Positions 1-12,774 of a stretch of 64,000 nucleotides of DNA are shown here, one piece after another. The notes under the pieces are model-generated. The model saw only the letters and a list, made by a program, of their open reading frames with translations, did not search any database and was not told the origin of the DNA. Made by a program: the position numbers and the translations under genes. The stretch comes from Marsupella aquatica. Taxonomy: Eukaryota > Plantae > Marchantiophyta. The first letter of the stretch is position 1, and the number at the start of each line of letters is the position of its first letter. The stretch covers positions 6,838,232-6,902,231 of the forward strand of contig OZ316896.1 of the NCBI GenBank assembly GCA_973895155.1, written 5' to 3'.

Positions 1-360
1 CAGATCCATACTTGTTCATTTTTAAATAAGAAATTTTTGTGAAGGCTCTTGCTGCTGCCCCATCTTCTTTGTATTTCTCTAAAAATGCAGCTTTTGTCTT
101 TGTCCAGTCATTTTTATCTAAAAATCGATGATGCCACTTTTGTGCTCCTTTCTTCATAAGTCCTCCAAAAATGCTTGCCTTCTCAGCGTCTTGGCTATGT
201 CCATTTGAAATTGCAGTAGCTTCAAACTCCTTTAAGTAGGTCTCTGCATCCTCTTTAGATGTCCCTTTGAAGGTGTCATAGCGAATATTATTCCGGGCCA
301 TGTTGATCAAATGAGTAGGAAGAAATAAACTAGGCTGTGAAGGAGTGGCATTGAGATTCA
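1..360 (-). CDS. Gag-like ORF, N-terminal part (runs off the window edge)
   Basis: Identical to 5067-5427, the 5' part of the 284-aa ORF. Confidence 0.75.
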
Positions 361-780
361 ATCAGGTGGAGGAATCTTTTAGGTGCAGATGAGGCTCCTT
401 GTTTCTTCTTCCAAATTGGTTGACTATTCTCACTCAGATATCCCTTATCTTGACTACCTGTGTCTTTTTTATAATTTGAATAGAGACCGCCTTAAGCTCT
501 CCCATAATTTTTGTTTAACTCTCATCAGTCCAAATGAGGGAGAATTGGGTGAGCTCTAAGTGTGGTGCTAGTGTCACGGAAAACACTAACATTGTCTCTC
601 ATTTCTTGATCTGGTGTAACATCTCTGATCAATCTTCCTGCAAGTCTAACTGGAAGTGCAAAAGCATTTCAATCGGATGGTGTTAGTTTATTCGTGGTAG
701 CCATGGTCAAGGTTCACAGGATTGTTGACTCAAGGTAGCTCTCTCCTCATGAATTCAGGAAAATGGGACTTTGCAATTTG

Positions 781-1021
781 CTGAAGATTTGAATAGTCAT
801 ATTGGTTAACTCTTTGGAGCTCTGAAGGGTCGTCATCTCGTAGCTTTCTTTGTCAGAGACTGAAGGAATGCGCTCTGCACATTTGTATCAGTCTGAAGAT
901 TTGAATAGTTATATTGGTTAACTCTTTGGAGCTCTGAAGGGTCGTCATCTCGTAGCTTTCTTTGTCAGAGACTGAAGGAATGCGCTCTGCACATTTGTAT
1001 CAGTCTGAAGATTTGAATAGT
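781..1021. repeat. 112-bp direct tandem duplication inside the array unit (also at ~5848, ~10915, ~15982)
   Basis: ctgaagatttgaatagt starts at 781, 893 and 1005. Confidence 0.9.
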
Positions 1022-2613
1022 TGCTGATTTTTCTTCGCGTCGTGACTTCCAATTTCGCTTCCCTTTGTCAGTCATTCCTCATTCTGAAAGACATTTCTTT
1101 TGGAGGAGAGTTGGTGCGGGTGCATTCTTGGAGATCCTTGGTTTACAAGAGGCAGCTTCAATGGTCGCACCGTTCCGTCATTTCTCAAATCCACGCCCTT
1201 TCAAGTTTGCTCGATCCATGGCTTGTATGCCCCTTTGTTGACACTTCTCTGCATATGGTGTCCGCAAGCGTTGTGTCGTTTCATCGAGTTCTCGGCGAGG
1301 TGCGTCTCTTCCGTGTGTCCCGTCAACTTGTAACCCTTCAACTAGTAAACACTTAACTTGTAAACTCGTAAAGTCATAATCGTCACGACGCTTACCCGTA
1401 ACTCGTAAGGGTTAACCCGCAATGCCTTATCCCCTCGTATCTCGGCGAGTCCTTAGTAGCAAAGTACCCTTTCCACTTCAGATTTCTCACTGCTTTAGCT
1501 AACCTACTTTATCTGTGCCTCCGATTTTGTCTTTGCATCAATGTACTAGCTAAGTCTTGTATAGAAATCACTATATATTCCTCTCTTGTAATTCTTCCAT
1601 TTAGCCTTAATATAACCAAATGTAGATTTACTCGTTCCCACCAAGTAATAGATAGCCAATTATGAACTCCATACTACATCTCACACTTAACACCAAAGTT
1701 TGCGCATATCTATTGTGCAAGATGGCATAAGATATTCTAAAAAAAATAAAATCTCCAACTATTTATCTATGGCTTTTGCCGCCTAATTTTCCTAACAGTC
1801 TATCAAATTGGTTGCACTTTTATCTAAGTCGACTTCTCATAATGTAAGAAGTTCATACTCTTCCTATACTATAGATTTAATTGACCAAAGTGAACTGTCT
1901 CTTAATTTCCTATCTTTCTTCTCTACAATTATGGTAAGTTAAAGTCTACCAGCTCTCTTGATTTAATTAAATCAGACTTAATCCCTCCTCTAAAAGTAGC
2001 TTCTTCCTACCACAACTTAGGAAGTCATGCTATAATTAAAGTCCTCCTAACAATCATATGGAGACTTTACTCAATCTCCTTTCTTAATTCCAAAGCATTG
2101 CTTTTTAAGCACTTTTAAGCCTCTTCTTCTTAGCCTTCATTTTTCTCCTTCCTCTCATAACAAGGAGAACTCCTTCTCGAATTACCTCTGCAAATGCAGC
2201 TGGTGCATCTGTGAAAGTGTAAGGTCGAGCTTCCAAAACTTGAATTGACCATTCTTCATATGTATCCATAAGGAATATTTCTTTCTGTAATTTCTCAATC
2301 AATTCAATTCTGAAATTTGACATCCACTGCCTGCATATCATATTACCCCTTCTCCAAGAGATAAACAATGAAGTCTTGAGAAAGATGTCCTTTCTATAAG
2401 AGGAATGGCCTTCCCTCCTATATCCATTCATCTTTCTCCCTTGGTTATAATAGAGTTAAAATCAGAGTAGAGATAACTTCCTCCTAAATGGAATTGGCCT
2501 AACTCCACTTACAATGGTTACTCTCTTTCTCCCTGGCCTGAAAATCTCTCTTAAAATCCAAGGCTTCTAATTTGGTCATTCACTGCCTAATGTCAAACCA
2601 TTCCTGAATCTGT

Positions 2614-2631
2614 TCCCCGGCAGCGGCGCCA
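2614..2631 (-). promoter_or_regulatory. Primer-binding site complementary to the plant tRNA-Asp 3' end (Athila-type PBS); copies at 7681-7698 and 12748-12765
   Basis: The minus strand reads TGGCGCCGCTGCCGGGGA, matching the Athila PBS TGGCGCCGTTGCCGGGGA with one mismatch, 9 bp from a CA LTR end. Confidence 0.85.
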
Positions 2632-2640
2632 AAAATCTCA

Positions 2641-4483
2641 TGTAGTTTGCCATAGAGAACCAAAAATCACATTTTAAAGTCTCCAAACTCGGTATTCGTT
2701 CCCTTTAAGAACAAGATGGGGTTGGTTTGATGTAATAAACTAAAAACAAAGCTTTAAGCTCTTGTGTCACACATAGTAATCAATCTTGACTACTTTAATC
2801 AGGTACTTTGAAGATCGCTCCACAGCGGTGAATAGTTTTTGATGATAACTCAACATCAGATAACCTTCAATTAAGCAAAAGATTGCAATTAACAAAACAC
2901 AAGGAAAAATCTCTCAGAGTATGCTTAAGGGAGTCTGGAATAGACCAAGGTTACTCCTTAGACATAAGTAATAATGTAATGACTTTAAAGGAATCCAAAT
3001 CCACACGGCTTTTCAGATCTAAACTGCATACTAGAGTATCCTTTTAAAATGCTGGCAACATGTCTTGACCTTTCTTCCTAAGTGATACTTAGTCAAGATC
3101 TAAAAGGATAAATACTTCAGCATTTAGATGGTACTAAGCAACATGAAGGTGAAAACATCATTTCCAATGCAACTTAAACTCAATGAGTTAACTCTAAGAA
3201 CTTGTGAGATTACAATGTGTCACCAAAGCGGAATCTGACATTATAATTCACGAGATTCATAACTGAGGTTTTACTTCAAGTATTTGGGTTCCAAAATACA
3301 AGAAGGAGGTAAGTCTCTCCAAATGTTAAACCTGATCTCGAACTCATAGATTCATGATCAACTAGTTTAACACAAGGGAGAGGCAAAACTGCAAAACTTA
3401 ACCATCTCTCTACACTAGGGGAAGAGGTATAAATAGTGATGAACTACAGAATAAGAGGTCACAGGGTCGAAGAGACATGCCTCTTCATACCCCTCAAAAT
3501 TTTAAAATGGCGATTCAGTAAGTGAAAAGCCGGAAAAATGGCTAAGTATGAACTCTTAAACTCTTAAAAACTTAAACTCTTAAAAACGTAAAAACTTAAA
3601 CTCTTAAACTCTTAATTTCGGTATACTAAAAATTGAGTAGATTCAACTATTTTTAACTTTCTACTCCTGGTTCGGAAAACTCTGAAATTTTTCCAGTAGG
3701 GTTTCCTAGGTACAGACTACAGCCTAAAGAAGTATGACAGCTTCTAAAGCTCTACAACACATTTAGAAAAATTGGTAAAAGTACTATACTTTTCAATACT
3801 AGCTAAAAAGATAGTCTCCTTCAAGCTTGTTGTCGAATATCATCGGGTTCGAGCAGCTCCACGTAGGTGACAGTCCGATTCTGTGTTACCTCCATCAGCT
3901 CAGTCTGACGTGGTGATCCTCGAGAGTAGGGTAGGCACCTTAGTTGTCTCTCAGGATACATCAAAGGCATTCGCTTCATCAAATAACAGGAATCTATACG
4001 AAGAGCTTCTCTGTATATCCCTAGTACATCATAGTTGTTGCAGGTGGCAGCATACACTTGAGGATAGTGATGCAGAAACTCATCACTATTCATCATCCTG
4101 GAATAGAAGGGTCGAAGTCTCCATTTGACATCTCTGAAATACCGGTTGAAGCTGGGCAGAGTTTGAGAGGTAAGGTGGAAGAGAAGTCAGTAATGAGCGC
4201 CTATGTCTTGCATTCCTTCCCTTTCAAGGTGAGCTCTTCATCCGTTGTGGAGTCCCGTTGAACTAGTTGTAAGATGTCACGATCACAGAGTCGCCAAATC
4301 TTAAGGTGTAACTCGTAAAGCAGTGAACTAGTAAACTCGTAAACTGAGTTTACTCGTAACTTAGGAACTTAGTAACTTTGAATGCTGTTTTAGTTACAGT
4401 TAGCAATAATTGCAGTCTAAACACCGTAAAAAATTTAAAAATTTTCAGTTTCTTCATGCTTTTGGAATTACCCACTACTTACA
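2641..4483 (-). mobile_element. Putative LTR, copy 1 (~1843 bp)
   Basis: TGTAGT...ACTTACA termini. PBS on one side; PPT-like TTGAGGAGAGGGCTA (minus strand, 4498-4484) abuts the TG on the other. TATA-like CTATTTATA near 3436-3428. The outer boundary is inferred, and an alternative PPT/TG lies near 3477. Confidence 0.6.
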
Positions 4484-4572
4484 TAGCCCTCTCCTCAAGC
4501 GGCGCCGTGCCCTCACAAGCCTTTCTGAAGTCTTCCACCAGAACTAAATCGCCTTTGAAATGCACATTGGTT

Positions 4573-5427
4573 TCAATTGTGTATTAAGTTTGATACTTGA
4601 CTGGACAATTTGTCAAGCAACTTGTATACTTGCTTAACTTTTGGTGAAATTGTGGAAATATCTGGTACTTGCTTCTTTTTCTTGGTTTTTGCTTTTTCAA
4701 ATTCAGAGCTAGAGCTGGTTTCATCATTTGAAGAACTAGGTGTTGTCCTTTTAGTGTTCTCTTCACTGCTGTTGTCACTCCCCTCGTCTGACATGGATTC
4801 TGATTCAGAATTGAGTTTCTTTTTCTTTTTCTTCTTAATATATTTCTTGAGCTCTTTTTTCAATCTTTTCTTTCCAGACACTTCTGAATCAACATATTTC
4901 TGTGCTGCAGCTAAAGCTTCTCCATATGTGGTTCCACCTTCTCTTCTCACATATCTTGCAATTCTAGATGGCAGTCCATTTATGAACCAATCTCTGACTG
5001 TTGATTTTGATGTAGCCGGGTTGTATTTGTCAACTAACTCTTCCAGCTTATCTGCATATTTCCGAACAGATCCATACTTGTTCATTTTTAAATAAGAAAT
5101 TTTTGTGAAGGCTCTTGCTGCTGCCCCATCTTCTTTGTATTTCTCTAAAAATGCAGCTTTTGTCTTTGTCCAGTCATTTTTATCTAAAAATCGATGATGC
5201 CACTTTTGTGCTCCTTTCTTCATAAGTCCTCCAAAAATGCTTGCCTTCTCAGCGTCTTGGCTATGTCCATTTGAAATTGCAGTAGCTTCAAACTCCTTTA
5301 AGTAGGTCTCTGCATCCTCTTTAGATGTCCCTTTGAAGGTGTCATAGCGAATATTATTCCGGGCCATGTTGATCAAATGAGTAGGAAGAAATAAACTAGG
5401 CTGTGAAGGAGTGGCATTGAGATTCAA
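4573..5427 (-). CDS. Ty3/gypsy Gag-like protein (284 aa), copy 1
   Basis: Gag capsid pattern FKGTSKEDAETYLKEFE...MKKGAQKW...W.KTKAAFLEKY...SVRKYADKL...WFINGLP, followed by a K/S/E-rich tail. No pol follows. Confidence 0.8.
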   Translation of the reverse strand: MNLNATPSQPSLFLPTHLINMARNNIRYDTFKGTSKEDAETYLKEFEATAISNGHSQDAEKASIFGGLMKKGAQKWHHRFLDKNDWTKTKAAFLEKYKEDGAAARAFTKISYLKMNKYGSVRKYADKLEELVDKYNPATSKSTVRDWFINGLPSRIARYVRREGGTTYGEALAAAQKYVDSEVSGKKRLKKELKKYIKKKKKKKLNSESESMSDEGSDNSSEENTKRTTPSSSNDETSSSSEFEKAKTKKKKQVPDISTISPKVKQVYKLLDKLSSQVSNLIHN

Positions 5428-7707
5428 TCAGGTGGAGGAATCTTTTAGGTGCAGATGAGGCTCCTTGTTTCTTCTTCCAAATTGGTTGACTATTCTCACT
5501 CAGATATCCCTTATCTTGACTACCTGTGTCTTTTTTATAATTTGAATAGAGACCGCCTTAAGCTCTCCCATAATTTTTGTTTAACTCTCATCAGTCCAAA
5601 TGAGGGAGAATTGGGGTGAGCTCTAAGTGTGGTGCTAGTGTCACGGAAAACACTAACATTGTCTCTCATTTCTTGATCTGGTGTAACATCTCTGATCAAT
5701 CTTCCTGCAAGTCTAACTGGAAGTGCAAAAGCATTTCAATCGGATGGTGTTAGTTTATTCGTGGTAGCCATGGTCAAGGTTCACAGGATTGTTGACTCAA
5801 GGTAGCTCTCTCCTCATGAATTCAGGAAAATGGGACTTTGCAATTTGCTGAAGATTTGAATAGTCATATTGGTTAACTCTTTGGAGCTCTGAAGGGTCGT
5901 CATCTCGTAGCTTTCTTTGTCAGAGACTGAAGGAATGCGCTCTGCACATTTGTATCAGTCTGAAGATTTGAATAGTTATATTGGTTAACTCTTTGGAGCT
6001 CTGAAGGGTCGTCATCTCGTAGCTTTCTTTGTCAGAGACTGAAGGAATGCGCTCTGCACATTTGTATCAGTCTGAAGATTTGAATAGTTGCTGATTTTTC
6101 TTCGCGTCGTGACTTCCAATTTCGCTTCCCTTTGTCAGTCATTCCTCATTCTGAAAGACATTTCTTTTGGAGGAGAGTTGGTGCGGGTGCATTCTTGGAG
6201 ATCCTTGGTTTACAAGAGGCAGCTTCAATGGTCGCACCGTTCCGTCATTTCTCAAATCCACGCCCTTTCAAGTTTGCTCGATCCATGGCTTGTATGCCCC
6301 TTTGTTGACACTTCTCTGCATATGGTGTCCGCAAGCGTTGTGTCGTTTCATCGAGTTCTCGGCGAGGTGCGTCTCTTCCGTGTGTCCCGTCAACTTGTAA
6401 CCCTTCAACTAGTAAACACTTAACTTGTAAACTCGTAAAGTCATAATCGTCACGACGCTTACCCGTAACTCGTAAGGGTTAACCCGCAATGCCTTATCCC
6501 CTCGTATCTCGGCGAGTCCTTAGTAGCAAAGTACCCTTTCCACTTCAGATTTCTCACTGCTTTAGCTAACCTACTTTATCTGTGCCTCCGATTTTGTCTT
6601 TGCATCAATGTACTAGCTAAGTCTTGTATAGAAATCACTATATATTCCTCTCTTGTAATTCTTCCATTTAGCCTTAATATAACCAAATGTAGATTTACTC
6701 GTTCCCACCAAGTAATAGATAGCCAATTATGAACTCCATACTACATCTCACACTTAACACCAAAGTTTGCGCATATCTATTGTGCAAGATGGCATAAGAT
6801 ATTCTAAAAAAAATAAAATCTCCAACTATTTATCTATGGCTTTTGCCGCCTAATTTTCCTAACAGTCTATCAAATTGGTTGCACTTTTATCTAAGTCGAC
6901 TTCTCATAATGTAAGAAGTTCATACTCTTCCTATACTATAGATTTAATTGACCAAAGTGAACTGTCTCTTAATTTCCTATCTTTCTTCTCTACAATTATG
7001 GTAAGTTAAAGTCTACCAGCTCTCTTGATTTAATTAAATCAGACTTAATCCCTCCTCTAAAAGTAGCTTCTTCCTACCACAACTTAGGAAGTCATGCTAT
7101 AATTAAAGTCCTCCTAACAATCATATGGAGACTTTACTCAATCTCCTTTCTTAATTCCAAAGCATTGCTTTTTAAGCACTTTTAAGCCTCTTCTTCTTAG
7201 CCTTCATTTTTCTCCTTCCTCTCATAACAAGGAGAACTCCTTCTCGAATTACCTCTGCAAATGCAGCTGGTGCATCTGTGAAAGTGTAAGGTCGAGCTTC
7301 CAAAACTTGAATTGACCATTCTTCATATGTATCCATAAGGAATATTTCTTTCTGTAATTTCTCAATCAATTCAATTCTGAAATTTGACATCCACTGCCTG
7401 CATATCATATTACCCCTTCTCCAAGAGATAAACAATGAAGTCTTGAGAAAGATGTCCTTTCTATAAGAGGAATGGCCTTCCCTCCTATATCCATTCATCT
7501 TTCTCCCTTGGTTATAATAGAGTTAAAATCAGAGTAGAGATAACTTCCTCCTAAATGGAATTGGCCTAACTCCACTTACAATGGTTACTCTCTTTCTCCC
7601 TGGCCTGAAAATCTCTCTTAAAATCCAAGGCTTCTAATTTGGTCATTCACTGCCTAATGTCAAACCATTCCTGAATCTGTTCCCCGGCAGCGGCGCCAAA
7701 AATCTCA

Positions 7708-9550
7708 TGTAGTTTGCCATAGAGAACCAAAAATCACATTTTAAAGTCTCCAAACTCGGTATTCGTTCCCTTTAAGAACAAGATGGGGTTGGTTTGATGT
7801 AATAAACTAAAAACAAAGCTTTAAGCTCTTGTGTCACACATAGTAATCAATCTTGACTACTTTAATCAGGTACTTTGAAGATCGCTCCACAGCGGTGAGT
7901 AGTTTTTGATGATAACTCAACATCAGATAACCTTCAATTAAGCAAAAGATTGCAATTAACAAAACACAAGGAAAAATCTCTCAGAGTATGCTTAAGGGAG
8001 TCTGGAATAGACCAAGGTTACTCCTTAGACATAAGTAATAATGTAATGACTTTAAAGGAATCCAAATCCACACGGCTTTTCAGATCTAAACTGCATACTA
8101 GAGTATCCTTTTAAAATGCTGGCAACATGTCTTGACCTTTCTTCCTAAGTGATACTTAGTCAAGATCTAAAAGGATAAATACTTCAGCATTTAGATGGTA
8201 CTAAGCAACATGAAGGTGAAAACATCATTTCCAATGCAACTTAAACTCAATGAGTTAACTCTAAGAACTTGTGAGATTACAATGTGTCACCAAAGCGGAA
8301 TCTGACATTATAATTCACGAGATTCATAACTGAGGTTTTACTTCAAGTATTTGGGTTCCAAAATACAAGAAGGAGGTAAGTCTCTCCAAATGTTAAACCT
8401 GATCTCGAACTCATAGATTCATGATCAACTAGTTTAACACAAGGGAGAGGCAAAACTGCAAAACTTAACCATCTCTCTACACTAGGGGAAGAGGTATAAA
8501 TAGTGATGAACTACAGAATAAGAGGTCACAGGGTCGAAGAGACATGCCTCTTCATACCCCTCAAAATTTTAAAATGGCGATTCAGTAAGTGAAAAGCCGG
8601 AAAAATGGCTAAGTATGAACTCTTAAACTCTTAAAAACTTAAACTCTTAAAAACGTAAAAACTTAAACTCTTAAACTCTTAATTTCGGTATACTAAAAAT
8701 TGAGTAGATTCAACTATTTTTAACTTTCTACTCCTGGTTCGGAAAACTCTGAAATTTTTCCAGTAGGGTTTCCTAGGTACAGACTACAGCCTAAAGAAGT
8801 ATGACAGCTTCTAAAGCTCTACAACACATTTAGAAAAATTGGTAAAAGTACTATACTTTTCAATACTAGCTAAAAAGATAGTCTCCTTCAAGCTTGTTGT
8901 CGAATATCATCGGGTTCGAGCAGCTCCACGTAGGTGACAGTCCGATTCTGTGTTACCTCCATCAGCTCAGTCTGACGTGGTGATCCTCGAGAGTAGGGTA
9001 GGCACCTTAGTTGTCTCTCAGGATACATCAAAGGCATTCGCTTCATCAAATAACAGGAATCTATACGAAGAGCTTCTCTGTATATCCCTAGTACATCATA
9101 GTTGTTGCAGGTGGCAGCATACACTTGAGGATAGTGATGCAGAAACTCATCACTATTCATCATCCTGGAATAGAAGGGTCGAAGTCTCCATTTGACATCT
9201 CTGAAATACCGGTTGAAGCTGGGCAGAGTTTGAGAGGTAAGGTGGAAGAGAAGTCAGTAATGAGCGCCTATGTCTTGCATTCCTTCCCTTTCAAGGTGAG
9301 CTCTTCATCCGTTGTGGAGTCCCGTTGAACTAGTTGTAAGATGTCACGATCACAGAGTCGCCAAATCTTAAGGTGTAACTCGTAAAGCAGTGAACTAGTA
9401 AACTCGTAAACTGAGTTTACTCGTAACTTAGGAACTTAGTAACTTTGAATGCTGTTTTAGTTACAGTTAGCAATAATTGCAGTCTAAACACCGTAAAAAA
9501 TTTAAAAATTTTCAGTTTCTTCATGCTTTTGGAATTACCCACTACTTACA
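7708..9550 (-). mobile_element. Putative LTR, copy 2
   Basis: Same sequence as 2641-4483, offset +5067. Confidence 0.6.
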
Positions 9551-9639
9551 TAGCCCTCTCCTCAAGCGGCGCCGTGCCCTCACAAGCCTTTCTGAAGTCT
9601 TCCACCAGAACTAAATCGCCTTTGAAATGCACATTGGTT

Positions 9640-10494
9640 TCAATTGTGTATTAAGTTTGATACTTGACTGGACAATTTGTCAAGCAACTTGTATACTTGC
9701 TTAACTTTTGGTGAAATTGTGGAAATATCTGGTACTTGCTTCTTTTTCTTGGTTTTTGCTTTTTCAAATTCAGAGCTAGAGCTGGTTTCATCATTTGAAG
9801 AACTAGGTGTTGTCCTTTTAGTGTTCTCTTCACTGCTGTTGTCACTCCCCTCGTCTGACATGGATTCTGATTCAGAATTGAGTTTCTTTTTCTTTTTCTT
9901 CTTAATATATTTCTTGAGCTCTTTTTTCAATCTTTTCTTTCCAGACACTTCTGAATCAACATATTTCTGTGCTGCAGCTAAAGCTTCTCCATATGTGGTT
10001 CCACCTTCTCTTCTCACATATCTTGCAATTCTAGATGGCAGTCCATTTATGAACCAATCTCTGACTGTTGATTTTGATGTAGCCGGGTTGTATTTGTCAA
10101 CTAACTCTTCCAGCTTATCTGCATATTTCCGAACAGATCCATACTTGTTCATTTTTAAATAAGAAATTTTTGTGAAGGCTCTTGCTGCTGCCCCATCTTC
10201 TTTGTATTTCTCTAAAAATGCAGCTTTTGTCTTTGTCCAGTCATTTTTATCTAAAAATCGATGATGCCACTTTTGTGCTCCTTTCTTCATAAGTCCTCCA
10301 AAAATGCTTGCCTTCTCAGCGTCTTGGCTATGTCCATTTGAAATTGCAGTAGCTTCAAACTCCTTTAAGTAGGTCTCTGCATCCTCTTTAGATGTCCCTT
10401 TGAAGGTGTCATAGCGAATATTATTCCGGGCCATGTTGATCAAATGAGTAGGAAGAAATAAACTAGGCTGTGAAGGAGTGGCATTGAGATTCAA
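9640..10494 (-). CDS. Gag-like protein, copy 2
   Basis: Translation identical to 4573-5427. Confidence 0.8.
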   Translation of the reverse strand: MNLNATPSQPSLFLPTHLINMARNNIRYDTFKGTSKEDAETYLKEFEATAISNGHSQDAEKASIFGGLMKKGAQKWHHRFLDKNDWTKTKAAFLEKYKEDGAAARAFTKISYLKMNKYGSVRKYADKLEELVDKYNPATSKSTVRDWFINGLPSRIARYVRREGGTTYGEALAAAQKYVDSEVSGKKRLKKELKKYIKKKKKKKLNSESESMSDEGSDNSSEENTKRTTPSSSNDETSSSSEFEKAKTKKKKQVPDISTISPKVKQVYKLLDKLSSQVSNLIHN

Positions 10495-12774
10495 TCAGGT
10501 GGAGGAATCTTTTAGGTGCAGATGAGGCTCCTTGTTTCTTCTTCCAAATTGGTTGACTATTCTCACTCAGATATCCCTTATCTTGACTACCTGTGTCTTT
10601 TTTATAATTTGAATAGAGACCGCCTTAAGCTCTCCCATAATTTTTGTTTAACTCTCATCAGTCCAAATGAGGGAGAATTGGGGTGAGCTCTAAGTGTGGT
10701 GCTAGTGTCACGGAAAACACTAACATTGTCTCTCATTTCTTGATCTGGTGTAACATCTCTGATCAATCTTCCTGCAAGTCTAACTGGAAGTGCAAAAGCA
10801 TTTCAATCGGATGGTGTTAGTTTATTCGTGGTAGCCATGGTCAAGGTTCACAGGATTGTTGACTCAAGGTAGCTCTCTCCTCATGAATTCAGGAAAATGG
10901 GACTTTGCAATTTGCTGAAGATTTGAATAGTCATATTGGTTAACTCTTTGGAGCTCTGAAGGGTCGTCATCTCGTAGCTTTCTTTGTCAGAGACTGAAGG
11001 AATGCGCTCTGCACATTTGTATCAGTCTGAAGATTTGAATAGTTATATTGGTTAACTCTTTGGAGCTCTGAAGGGTCGTCATCTCGTAGCTTTCTTTGTC
11101 AGAGACTGAAGGAATGCGCTCTGCACATTTGTATCAGTCTGAAGATTTGAATAGTTGCTGATTTTTCTTCGCGTCGTGACTTCCAATTTCGCTTCCCTTT
11201 GTCAGTCATTCCTCATTCTGAAAGACATTTCTTTTGGAGGAGAGTTGGTGCGGGTGCATTCTTGGAGATCCTTGGTTTACAAGAGGCAGCTTCAATGGTC
11301 GCACCGTTCCGTCATTTCTCAAATCCACGCCCTTTCAAGTTTGCTCGATCCATGGCTTGTATGCCCCTTTGTTGACACTTCTCTGCATATGGTGTCCGCA
11401 AGCGTTGTGTCGTTTCATCGAGTTCTCGGCGAGGTGCGTCTCTTCCGTGTGTCCCGTCAACTTGTAACCCTTCAACTAGTAAACACTTAACTTGTAAACT
11501 CGTAAAGTCATAATCGTCACGACGCTTACCCGTAACTCGTAAGGGTTAACCCGCAATGCCTTATCCCCTCGTATCTCGGCGAGTCCTTAGTAGCAAAGTA
11601 CCCTTTCCACTTCAGATTTCTCACTGCTTTAGCTAACCTACTTTATCTGTGCCTCCGATTTTGTCTTTGCATCAATGTACTAGCTAAGTCTTGTATAGAA
11701 ATCACTATATATTCCTCTCTTGTAATTCTTCCATTTAGCCTTAATATAACCAAATGTAGATTTACTCGTTCCCACCAAGTAATAGATAGCCAATTATGAA
11801 CTCCATACTACATCTCACACTTAACACCAAAGTTTGCGCATATCTATTGTGCAAGATGGCATAAGATATTCTAAAAAAAATAAAATCTCCAACTATTTAT
11901 CTATGGCTTTTGCCGCCTAATTTTCCTAACAGTCTATCAAATTGGTTGCACTTTTATCTAAGTCGACTTCTCATAATGTAAGAAGTTCATACTCTTCCTA
12001 TACTATAGATTTAATTGACCAAAGTGAACTGTCTCTTAATTTCCTATCTTTCTTCTCTACAATTATGGTAAGTTAAAGTCTACCAGCTCTCTTGATTTAA
12101 TTAAATCAGACTTAATCCCTCCTCTAAAAGTAGCTTCTTCCTACCACAACTTAGGAAGTCATGCTATAATTAAAGTCCTCCTAACAATCATATGGAGACT
12201 TTACTCAATCTCCTTTCTTAATTCCAAAGCATTGCTTTTTAAGCACTTTTAAGCCTCTTCTTCTTAGCCTTCATTTTTCTCCTTCCTCTCATAACAAGGA
12301 GAACTCCTTCTCGAATTACCTCTGCAAATGCAGCTGGTGCATCTGTGAAAGTGTAAGGTCGAGCTTCCAAAACTTGAATTGACCATTCTTCATATGTATC
12401 CATAAGGAATATTTCTTTCTGTAATTTCTCAATCAATTCAATTCTGAAATTTGACATCCACTGCCTGCATATCATATTACCCCTTCTCCAAGAGATAAAC
12501 AATGAAGTCTTGAGAAAGATGTCCTTTCTATAAGAGGAATGGCCTTCCCTCCTATATCCATTCATCTTTCTCCCTTGGTTATAATAGAGTTAAAATCAGA
12601 GTAGAGATAACTTCCTCCTAAATGGAATTGGCCTAACTCCACTTACAATGGTTACTCTCTTTCTCCCTGGCCTGAAAATCTCTCTTAAAATCCAAGGCTT
12701 CTAATTTGGTCATTCACTGCCTAATGTCAAACCATTCCTGAATCTGTTCCCCGGCAGCGGCGCCAAAAATCTCA

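Noticed and set aside
781-1021. Regularly spaced direct repeats as a CRISPR array
   Set aside because: Whole 112-bp units are duplicated with no unique spacers, the context is eukaryotic and there are no cas genes.
4610-5095. 161-aa plus-strand ORF, its copies, and the other short ORFs opposite real genes
   Set aside because: Antisense shadows of gag, IWS1, SMT2 or the transposase, with low-complexity F/S/L composition.
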